The translations under genes were made by a program, and so were the position numbers. The notes beneath the pieces were generated by a model, which made no database searches, was not told the origin of the DNA, and saw only the letters and a program-made list of their open reading frames with translations. Source: Neophaeotheca triangularis (lineage: Eukaryota). Taken from it: a stretch of DNA of 64,000 nucleotides. Position 1 is the first letter of the stretch, and each line of letters opens with the position of its first letter. Positions 48,595-58,399 of this stretch are shown here, piece after piece. The stretch is from positions 372,001 through 436,000 of the forward strand of contig BAAIJX010000011.1 in the NCBI GenBank assembly GCA_054600435.1, read 5' to 3'.

Positions 48595-49676
48595 AGACGG
48601 TGCGGTAAATAGTAACAAGAGCAGAAAGGGGAGGAGATGAAGGGCTTATTATGAACCGTGGTCTGATGCTAGGTAGATCCTCTGCTCAAGGTTACCGACA
48701 ACGGGCGGATGATAAGAAGCGGTTGATACATCACGACAGTTTCATGACTTACCTTACGTAGCAGCGTGAGAGCTACGTTTGTTATTCGCACTGATGTCGA
48801 GTAGTGGGGTGCCCGCATCGACGGAAGATAATGTGTGCAAAGAGCTTCCCGATAGGGAAGGTGGTAAACCTGTGGTCGGGGAAGCACGCGGGCGTCGAGT
48901 GGACATCCAAGTGTCTGCTTTGGGCGGTGATTGGTCCGGTCACTACCTGTACACGCTGATGATAGCTGGCTGCAAAACTTCTGGCAGAAATTGGAAGGCA
49001 AGGAGATGGAAGCATTCGTTTGGTGGCGGATGGCAAACGCGACCCTACGAGAAGAAAGCGAGAAGGGATTGGAAGATGAGGTTGGTCAAGAAAGCGGAGG
49101 TGATGGGCTTATCTATGCCAAGCCAGCTCAAGGCCTCTCTGCCGGTGCTTGTGTTCCTTGCTGGTAGAGCCAAGCTTGAACTCATCATACGCCTAGGTAG
49201 CTACCTACCTAGCTCTGTACTGTGCAGGTTGATCTCCCGATAGGATGATAGCATCTTTGCTCGGGGGAGAGTGCTGAGTTGTTGCCATCGTCGAGGAAGT
49301 CTCTCAACGAGATTCCGAGAGAATCACCAGAAGTCTGGGTACAAGCTTCCACTGGTCAGCTACGGACTGCAACCTTCTGACTTGTCAGAGCAGGTCGTTT
49401 CAGTCGCAAAGCGGCCATGGCGGCCAAGCTTGTGGCGGACCAATTTGTCGCCCAAGTTTCAATTAGGTTGAAGTCCGCCTTTGGATTCTGGTCGATCGTC
49501 GCACGTCGTTGTAGTAAAGACTTCAGATACTTATAAACGGCTTGCCTAGCCCGCGTCGTCAATCTCTGCATTCTTCACTCCATGACGCCGTGCCGTACGC
49601 ATGCTGACCTCCGAGACTTCCTTAGTCTTCCAGAGAGCGCCTTATGCTCCCAAACGCCATGCAAAGGTACACCAAC

Positions 49677-50420
49677 TCAAATGCACCAGCGATAACTTGC
49701 GTATCTCCCCGCCGTCTCACTCTTCCTTATGATCTTGACAACCTGCCCTTTCCTCACACCCAAAAACTTCGCCACAGGATCTTCAGACTTGATGCGCGGA
49801 AGCTGCGTCTCCTTCAGCCTGTACCTCTGCAACAAGTACTTCTTCTCCTCCGGACTCAGGACCTGATGCTTCGGTACCAGTTCGTGCTTCGTGATGTTCA
49901 CGAGCAAGTCTTCTTCCTTGAACACTTCCAAGATCCTCGGTAGAAGTGTGGGGATGAGTTTCAGTGCAGCAGCCGTCGGCGCAACGGTGGAAACGAACAC
50001 TCCGGTGTAGTAGTTCTGCTTGTCGATCTCGTGCGCAAAGTTCTTGAGTTGCTTGATACCAACATTGCTATCGTTGTTGAACTCGAAGTGAATGGTGCCG
50101 ATCTCAGACTCGGGGTTTGGTTTCGCTTTACTGGGCATAGCTGTGTACTTTTTGATTGTTTCCGGGGTCGGGCGCGCGGTGAAATTCATGCGACCGCGTT
50201 GGGGGATTCCTTGGTCATCGGCGCATTGCATACGAAATTCGTCGAGCGAAATGTTGAGCTCGTCTTCGGCGATTTCATAGCCCTGAGCAACCGCGTTAGT
50301 GAAAGCTCAGAGAGTTGGACGTTGCTTCAAAAGGAGACTGACTCGATCGGCGCACATCTGTTTGGCGGTTCTGAAGATTCTCCATAGTCGCGAAAGCTCG
50401 CGCGTGTTCTCGTCGGCCAT
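49677..50420 (-). CDS. RPB5: RNA polymerase I/II/III common subunit Rpb5
   Basis: MADENTRELSRLWRIFRTAKQMCADR/GYEI with an intron at 50283-50342. C-terminus LLVNITKHELVPKH...QLPRI...RKSETAGRYASYR. Confidence 0.96.
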
Positions 50421-50623
50421 GGTGGCAGTGTGTGGTAGGTCACGGCATGTACTTTGAAGATGGAAGTGGTGCAGGAGCTCCATTTCGAGAACTTTTGGTC
50501 AAGAGCAACGCGGAGGTGAAGCCGCAATATAGCCGGCAATGTGGTCAGTGCGCTAGCACTTCACAACACATGCCTCTTAAGACATCAGCAGTAAACTTGA
50601 AAACAACACATCCCCGCTGCAGC

Positions 50624-51736
50624 ATGTCTGCCTCGTCTATACCAAACCTCAACACCTTGAGGTCTGGACCGGGTAGAACACGCTCTCGAGGCGCTAGGCG
50701 CGGATGGCCACCAGGGCGAGGAGACGAGCAATCGGCACAAGACGCAGCTTCCTCCAAGGACAAGATCGTTCAGCAAACGGACAACGACGCCCTGAGCTCT
50801 CGGCTAAGCGCAGCGTCTTTGGGCTATTTTGCCAATCGTGATCCGTATACGACAGATCTTTCGGTGTCGGGCGAGCCGATTATTAGACGCTACCCGATCA
50901 TCAACCTTGGAACCTACGTTCGGACGGCGGCAATCGACAAGCTCGTTGATCGCTTCATCGAAGCGGAACCCCGTGGGAGAAAGCAAATCGTCTCTCTGGG
51001 AGCTGGTTCTGACACCCGGTTTTGGCGACTAGCTGCAGACAAGCCAGACGTCAATATCATTTACCACGAGCTGGATTTCGCTTCAAATGTCAAGCAAAAG
51101 CAGGACGCAATTGCAAGGTCTGATCGACTAAGACATGGTATTGATCATGCCAAGCAGCGTTGTGCGACCTACGACCTTCGTAGCCTCGACCTGAGGGACC
51201 TCGCGTCGGATGCTCCGCCTGAGATCTCGGACCTGGAGAGCGATACCCCCACGCTACTACTAAGTGAATGCTGCCTATGCTATTTGCCACCGGACACGGC
51301 AACCAAAGTGTTGCAGTATTTTTCTCGTCGAATTTCAAGTCCACTTGGTTTGGTCCTTTACGAACCTATCCGCCCATTCGATCCATTCGGTCAGACGATG
51401 ATCACCAACTTGGGTTCGCGTGGCATACACATGCAAACCCTGAAGCGTTATTCTTCGCTCGCGGCGCAAAGGCAGCGTCTTCGCCAAGCTGGGTTCGTCA
51501 ATGGCCAGGGCGCTCGAGATGTATGGCAGATTTGGGAAGACAGGGCGTGGGTAAGCCAGGAAGAGCGGGAGAGGGTAGAGAAACTGGAATGGATTGATGA
51601 GATCGAAGAGTGGAAGCTGCTTGGGAGTCATTACTGCGTAGCGTGGGGCTGGCGTGGTGACACTTTCACGAACGCTTGGGATGGCGTTGAAGGGGGAATG
51701 ACTTCTGAAGAGGCAAGGCAGGATGACCTTGATTGA
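50624..51736 (+). CDS. PPM1: Leucine carboxyl methyltransferase 1 (PP2A methyltransferase)
   Basis: Motifs VQQTDNDA, PIINLGTYVR, QIVSLGAGSDTR, LSECCLCYL and DEIEEWKLLGSHYC. ATG at 50624. Confidence 0.92.
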   Translation: MSASSIPNLNTLRSGPGRTRSRGARRGWPPGRGDEQSAQDAASSKDKIVQQTDNDALSSRLSAASLGYFANRDPYTTDLSVSGEPIIRRYPIINLGTYVRTAAIDKLVDRFIEAEPRGRKQIVSLGAGSDTRFWRLAADKPDVNIIYHELDFASNVKQKQDAIARSDRLRHGIDHAKQRCATYDLRSLDLRDLASDAPPEISDLESDTPTLLLSECCLCYLPPDTATKVLQYFSRRISSPLGLVLYEPIRPFDPFGQTMITNLGSRGIHMQTLKRYSSLAAQRQRLRQAGFVNGQGARDVWQIWEDRAWVSQEERERVEKLEWIDEIEEWKLLGSHYCVAWGWRGDTFTNAWDGVEGGMTSEEARQDDLD

Positions 51737-54179
51737 GAGGCCGGCGTCTTACGCCTTCTGTGAGGGTGCCCCTAGGATTGGACGGAGAACATCATTGTGC
51801 CGGGTCAGAATACAGACCGTACTTGGCACTGAAGTGACGATACAGGGAGCCCGAGCAAAAGCGACTAGCTACTGGGTTAATATGGGACTACCTCAAGTCT
51901 ACGACGTTTCGGGAAAATGCTCAACGCATGCTGGCCTCCAGTTCTTCTGTGTCCTGCTAGGTCGCATGGCTTGAAGACTCGCTTTTTGAAGCAGGCACAA
52001 ACACAATGGACAGCGATCGAAGACCGCCCGCCACATTTCGTAAAACCGGAGAGGGCAACGGCGGTGTGCGCGCGGCCCACTTCTCTTTTTAGCTTCTGAG
52101 AACTGGCGGCTATCGATCTCGGCCATCGCAACTCTTCTCTCACAAGCGAAATCTTCGTGACTAGGGCGCTTCGGTAATGTGCGATATGGGCGGAGAGCGA
52201 ACCGCGTACCGAGCACCATTTAGATGGGTGTAGGGACGGGCGATCGTGCAACTCGAACAACCTTCAGCACAAGCACAACTGTTCAGCGTAACCTCGAGTG
52301 GACAAGACTGCCTATGATATGGTTCGTGCCAGAGCGAAAGCAGAAGGGGCTAGCAGGAAGAGCAAGTGTAGATTCCTCTACGGGAAACTCCCGCCGTCAA
52401 GGTCCGAAGCACACAGACGTTTTTGGCATACCGGTAAGAACGTAATCGAGAAGCTGGCCCGTTGTGCGGTGCGATGTTGAGATCGCGAGCGGAGTGATCC
52501 CGAATACCGGTATGTCGGGTGTACCAAACAGACCGCTGTGGTACTGTATCGCGAGTGCTCACCGCGAGAATGTCGTCTGAGCTGAAGCGTCAGCAGTAGT
52601 CACTTTCGCATTCGCATTCTCAAAGATTCTATGATGCACGCCTTGAAGCTGAGGTCTGTTGGTAAGGATCGGTGCCGGTCAGGCTGAAGGATGCAGGCAT
52701 GCAGGTGAGGTCTTATGAATGTCGTTCCTACGCTAACCACTTTTGGCCGCAGCTGACGGAGCTGCAGGCGGCAGCAGCACATCTTGCAGTCTTTCGCGTG
52801 TACATATGTTGGTGCTACCCTCGACGTAATCCCACTGGTCGTACTTGCATGGCGGATACTTACCATGCGTAGTGGTTTACAGTGCGAAAGTTTCGGTCCC
52901 GCGCGCGCAGCCAACCAGGCACCGAGTAATCGTGTCTTGCCGCACTCTCCTGCATTCCAGCGTGGGCACAATTCTAGCGGTCCAACAAGGAAGCGGATTC
53001 GGACGGCGCCATCAATGCACACTTGGACTTGCGATGACTTCGGTGGCTCATCGCCGGTGCGGCTGTGCGAGAGAGGACCGAGAGGTGTCAGAATGTCTCA
53101 GTCGCGTGCGGCCCTAAATTCAGCTTCTGGAGTTTTGGAGCTAACAACCATCGAGTTCCCATGCCATGCCAGGATGGGTTACCCCTGTCGCCTTCTGCAC
53201 CTATCAAGGCCTTGCTGGTTGCGCTGGACTACGAACCAACTTTCCAAAGCTTTGACCCCTGCCAATGAGGCTCAGAGATCCTTGTCGACGTAAGAATAGC
53301 CGATTTGAAGCCGTCGAAGGGTCCTCATCCAGCTTGTGCGCATAGCTATGAAGCCGCGCTCGAGTTTTGCCATGGTGATCAAAGCTTGAGAGAGGGGCAA
53401 GGTTGCCGCCAGCTTGAGCGCAAAAGACTCCTTCGATGCCCGTCTGACAGCTCAACCCTCGACGAACACGCTATTTTACGCTCCATCTGAACCAACTTGC
53501 CGTCTGAAGAACCAAGCAGCCTATCCTTCAACAGGTCATCTACCTGGTTGGTATTGATGGCCCGATTGATCTAGATTGCGGAATCCCGCATCGTTTGTCC
53601 CAGTGATTTGTTAGCCTCCGACTTGCCGCGTATTGGACCAACACGCATTGCATGAGGCTGAAATGTTGGCGTTTCTAGTGTTTCATTCCTCTCAGTTCTT
53701 GCACTCACGAAATAGTAGTGGAGGCGGAGTCGAGCGGCGAGGCCAGCCAACCGCTTCGCCTTCGTCCGGGATGTGGTGCCTTTTTCGTCAGGCATGGCCA
53801 CCGTCGTCCGAATTGGCGAATGCAACCTCTTCCGGACGCCTTCGGTAGTACTCAAGGCAGGTTTCTAGGTCCAGCCGCAATTCTTCGGGCAGCACAGGTC
53901 ACGATGGCTACTTGTCGTGCTCGCATCAAGAAGCAGGTGGATGTGCGCTGTATAAAGCCAGCGTTCTCCATCGCGTGAAGCTCTTCTTTTGGGCCTACAG
54001 CAACTAAACAATATCGCGTCGAGTATAACTTGGGAAATCCTCGCATAAGTCGCCGACCTTCGTTACTGCTATACCGCTCTTCTTCTTCTCCCTACTTCAT
54101 TGAATTCGTGAAACCAAGCACAATCGCACAACGGACCTTGCAACCAGGCAGCTGGTAAACCCAAAGACCGAAAGCAACA

Positions 54180-55140
54180 ATGTTCCGCAACCTCGCTTTG
54201 GCCACTGGCCTCCTGGCCCTGACAAACTCAGTCGTTGCCGTCGACCAGGCCGTCGACGCGGGACTCAACACCAAGCTCGCGGGTGCCACTTCTCAATTAG
54301 AACGTATGGCCATGCTCGACAGCGACGAGGATTGGATCTTTGACTTCACGAAGCAAGAGTACTATAGCTTCGCGCCTGGCGGTGTCGTCAACATGAACGC
54401 CGCCACATTTCCTGCTGCCGTCAGCAACGGACTAACTCGTAGGTTGCACACTCCAGGTCGTTTGTTTCGACAGTAAGCTAACAGCGACGCCTCAGTCGCA
54501 ATGCTCAACCTCGGACCCTGCGCAATGCTCCCACCGCACTATCATCCGCGCGCCAGCAACTATGTCGTTGCCGTTGAAGGTAACACAACCACCTACATGT
54601 ACGAAGAGAACGGCGCAGAGCTCGTGACCACAAATCTGCAAACTGGCCAAGCGACCATCTTCCCCCAGGGGAGCATGCACATGATGGCCAACACCGGTAA
54701 GTTTCCCTCGCTCAGGGCTCGTACGATCGAAGCCTTCCGTCGCGCCAGCTTCCTATCCTGGCGACTTTTGCTTGTACCACCCCCTGAAACGACCTCGGAC
54801 ACGGGCTTTCAGCCTGTTGCTGAAGCTCTCGTACCACCTATCCCACCAACCCAAAGCAGGCACCGCAACTTCGCAAAAGTCGAGCCATTTCGCTAACCAG
54901 CACCTTGCTATTGTATTAGGCTGCGAAAAATCTCAACTAGTCTCCGCTCTCAGCAGTTCCGATGCTGGCACTAACAACATCGGCAACGTCTTCACACAAG
55001 GCTTCCCCGCCGATCTCGTCAACGCTGCTTTTGGTTCGCAATTCGCTGGCGAAAACGCGGCGGAGAACATGGTACCCTTCGGAACTGGCGCCAACTATGG
55101 TACTGCTGAGTGCCTGAAGCGCTGTGGTATCGAGCCGTGA
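54180..55140 (+). CDS. Secreted spherulin-1/germin-like cupin
   Basis: Signal peptide MFRNLALATGLLALTNSVVA; cupin motifs PCAMLPPHYHPRA and FPQGSMHMM. Introns at 54439-54495 and 54697-54919. Confidence 0.88.
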
Positions 55141-55952
55141 AGCTCGCGTATGGGGCCAAGGGCAGGTTCGTCTTGAGGCAGGAAACATCAGTTTTGGCGT
55201 TGGTTGGTGTGTGATGCAGCATTTGTGGGGGTCTTCGATGCTCTCTTCTTCGGCCGAGCATTGCTCGGCGACGATACGAAACTACTAGTAGACGAGAGTC
55301 ACTTGCTACGACATTCATTGAGCTTATGCCATCTCTATCTCCGCTGGGCAGTCTTTTTCTTTTTTTCTTTTTCTTCTTGCTATCTGTCTCATGTCACGCA
55401 CGCTCCCGTAAAGTCCATTGGAGTATCTCATCATGATCGTCGGCGAACTCTCAAAAGTCGAGAGGACGCCATCCGTCCCAGATACCAACTTCCATGTAGG
55501 ACGACGCATGTAGCCTTCCCAGGTTTCTATCGATCAACGTGGGCCACATCGATCATTTTCCACCTCCAACACTCCCAAAGTGGAGCCCAGATCCAAATCG
55601 AATTCAAGCGCGAGCTCCAGGGCTCTCTCTCTATGCGGTATGACGTCGAGGCTAGCAGCTGTCAACTCTAATTTAATCGCCTATCTGCTGCGTTCTTTGC
55701 AGTGCCGCGGATAGATTCCCGTAGTTGCGAGTACTTGACTACATGCATGGCCTGGATATGGGGAGGATGTGTATTGGGAAGTGTGATCATGGTCCAAGTT
55801 GATACCGAATACTTCTTTCCATGTCCTCTCTCCCTTATTCCTCTAGCTAGAATTCTTCTAAGCGACAGTTGGTAACTCAAACCGAACAAGGCGCGTCGAC
55901 GATAAGCCGTGCAGCCTCTCCAAGCGTCCCCAAACCAAAACGGAAGCCCACC

Positions 55953-56636
55953 ATGCCCCCAACCATCCATCTAGTCCGGCATGCACAAGGCTACCACAGC
56001 GTCAGCGAAAAAGGTCACACGATCCGCGATCCAGAGTTAACCCCCGAGGGCATCAAGCAATGCGATCAACTCCGCGACAAGTTCCCTCACCACGATAACA
56101 TCGAACTCCTCCTCTCCTCTCCCTTGACCCGCACACTGCAGACAACACTGCACGCCTTTTCGCCGTGCTTGCCGCGCTGTCAGCCTATACTGGCTTTGCC
56201 GTATGCGCAAGAGACCACAGCGGAGACTTCAGATACGGGGCGGCCGGGGCGAGAGCTAGAGCAGAAGTTCAATGCTACCAAGCGGGTGGTTGATCTGAGT
56301 CGAGTAGAAGAACGGTGGTTCGACCATTCAGGAGAGTATGCCACGGACGTCGGGAGTCTGAATCGGAGAGCTCGAATACTGCGACAATGGCTTAAGGCTA
56401 GAGCGGAGAGGGAGGTTGTCTTGGTTTGTCATGGGATTTTTTGCCATTATCTGACTGGGAAGGTTGATTCTGGTGGGAACCAAACCGAGGGCTGGTGGAA
56501 AGATGCTGAGGTGAGGAGTTATATTTTTGGCGATGGGGAGGATGCACCGATCGAGGAGACGGCTGAAAGTAGAATTGCTAGGAAGAGGAGGGATTTGGCC
56601 ATAGATGGTGAGACAGAGGTGCGGTTACCGAATTGA
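55953..56636 (+). CDS. Histidine phosphatase superfamily (phosphoglycerate mutase-like) protein
   Basis: Motifs IHLVRHAQG, LTPEG..Q, SSPLTRTLQT and VLVCHG. Confidence 0.88.
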   Translation: MPPTIHLVRHAQGYHSVSEKGHTIRDPELTPEGIKQCDQLRDKFPHHDNIELLLSSPLTRTLQTTLHAFSPCLPRCQPILALPYAQETTAETSDTGRPGRELEQKFNATKRVVDLSRVEERWFDHSGEYATDVGSLNRRARILRQWLKARAEREVVLVCHGIFCHYLTGKVDSGGNQTEGWWKDAEVRSYIFGDGEDAPIEETAESRIARKRRDLAIDGETEVRLPN

Positions 56637-57062
56637 GGTGATTTATGCTTGGACTGGCATTCGAGATCTGTAGGATAGCTTGCTGTCAACCGTCTGGCTC
56701 TCGACACGAGTTGGAAGGCTACTTACGTTCCTGGTTCCCCCATTGAGTGCTGTATCAGCCTTCTCGCATACTCCTCTTTCCCCCGGTCTCCTGGTGGTTC
56801 TTTTTGCTCATTGCTAATAATAAGCGCTGGTGTTCTCTACACCGAGAAAGTTCGAAGAGCAGAAGCACACAGAACAGTGTACGCGACAGGCGTTTGTGCC
56901 GTTGCACCGTCTCTCTCTCTCTCTCTGTAGCGTCGCATGCTGTGTGCAATGCGGACCCTCCGCCCTTTGCCGAGACCATGGTCTTGGTGTACGTGTTGAT
57001 TGTTTCATGCCATGTGCCCGTCATAGTGCATTCAGTCGTAAACCCGTATTCACGTCAATGGT

Positions 57063-57962
57063 TCAACCCATAGCAAGATCGCCTTCTTCAGCAAGCTGGT
57101 CCATGGGTTCCTTTGGCTCTTGCGCTTCGTGAAACTGGATAGCATCGTCGATGTAACTCAGAACCGCGCCCACGCTGTCTTCATCCTGGACATCTAGCTT
57201 GAGGAAGGACACAAGACTGAAGTCGTCAATCAATTGCCCAACAGCGCGATTCAGCTTGGCAAAGGCCTCGCCCGACATGGTCTCCTTCGCATCAGGATGC
57301 TCGCCATTATCTACGCCTTCCTTGTACTCGTACATCAACCCGCTGTCCGGCGCATCTTGTAACAATGTCATGTCTGGGTCGACGAACTTCTTCAGGTCTT
57401 TGCGTGCAACGGTGCCCTTGACCAGATCCATCTTGCTCAAAATGTTGACATGGGGCAACTCGAGCATCAGCATAGCGCTCATGGCGCTCAGCGTACCGGC
57501 GAAGAACTTGGCGCGATCCATGATGAAGGTGCTTTCGAGCAGGTACGCCGCGCACATGCTGATGTTCAAGGAACCCCTCGTCAACTCTTTGACCAGCCGA
57601 GGCAGGATGGGTACATGAGTGTACAGCTCGATCTGGCCAGGCATGTCGATAACAATGAGCATATCGTCGGACACTTCCTCGAGTGGATCGGTAACGAAGT
57701 CCAGGTTCTCCATGAGGAACTCGAAGCAGTAGATAAGTCCTCCGTTGGGCCCGAGGTGAAGCTCCTCCATGACGTCTTCGAGAGATATGAGTTCCTTGAT
57801 GTCGACGTCGGGTTCGTAGACAAATTCTTCAGCGGCCGGATCGAGGTTGACGTAGAAGCAGCTTCGGCGGTTGTTTTTGAGGTGTTGAATCAGGGACGAG
57901 CAAAAGGTGGTTTTGCCGGCGCCGGCCGGGCCCATGATTATAGTGCCATATCGAGAACCCAT
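57063..57962 (-). CDS. GPN3: GPN-loop GTPase 3
   Basis: Motifs GPAGAGKTT, VNLDPAAE, LGPNGGLIYCFEFL, DMPGQIELYTH and NILSKMD. Confidence 0.92.
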   Translation of the reverse strand: MGSRYGTIIMGPAGAGKTTFCSSLIQHLKNNRRSCFYVNLDPAAEEFVYEPDVDIKELISLEDVMEELHLGPNGGLIYCFEFLMENLDFVTDPLEEVSDDMLIVIDMPGQIELYTHVPILPRLVKELTRGSLNISMCAAYLLESTFIMDRAKFFAGTLSAMSAMLMLELPHVNILSKMDLVKGTVARKDLKKFVDPDMTLLQDAPDSGLMYEYKEGVDNGEHPDAKETMSGEAFAKLNRAVGQLIDDFSLVSFLKLDVQDEDSVGAVLSYIDDAIQFHEAQEPKEPMDQLAEEGDLAMG

Positions 57963-58043
57963 GTTGAATTCTCACGTTGTTTGATGTTGTTGTGATTGCT
58001 GCTGTTGACGTTGTTTGTGGTAGTCTTCGAGTAAAAAGAAAGA

Positions 58044-58059
58044 TAGGTACTAGTACCTA
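58044..58059. promoter_or_regulatory. 16-bp palindrome TAGGTACTAGTACCTA in the GPN3/kinase divergent promoter
   Basis: Perfect palindrome, and a member of the recurrent AGGTA/TACCT promoter arrays. Confidence 0.45.
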
Positions 58060-58390
58060 CCTTAGGTAGTAGGCGTGCAAGCGTGCTGCTACTGAGGTGA
58101 ATGGCTGACATGGTTTATTATTAAGTCAGCCGGACCCTCTACGTTAACTTAACACCAGTGGCCTGTGCTTATCCAAGGTTCATGCATACAGCACAAGCCC
58201 ATGTACCTTCCACCTAGACACTCACTGTACGATACACTATACACCACACCAAATTAGACGCTCTTGCGACTCCTGCGAATGCCATATCGTCTCGCCCGAA
58301 TCTAACACATATCCAATCGACACCCACACTGAGACTCTTTGGCTAGACGGCTGGGAGTCGGCATCATTACGTCTGCATCTCCCTTCCGCC

Positions 58391-58399
58391 ATGACATGA
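58391..58399 (+). promoter_or_regulatory. Minimal uORF (ATG ACA TGA) overlapping the kinase start
   Basis: In GCCATGACATGAG, the uORF stop overlaps the in-frame ATG at 58396. Confidence 0.5.
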
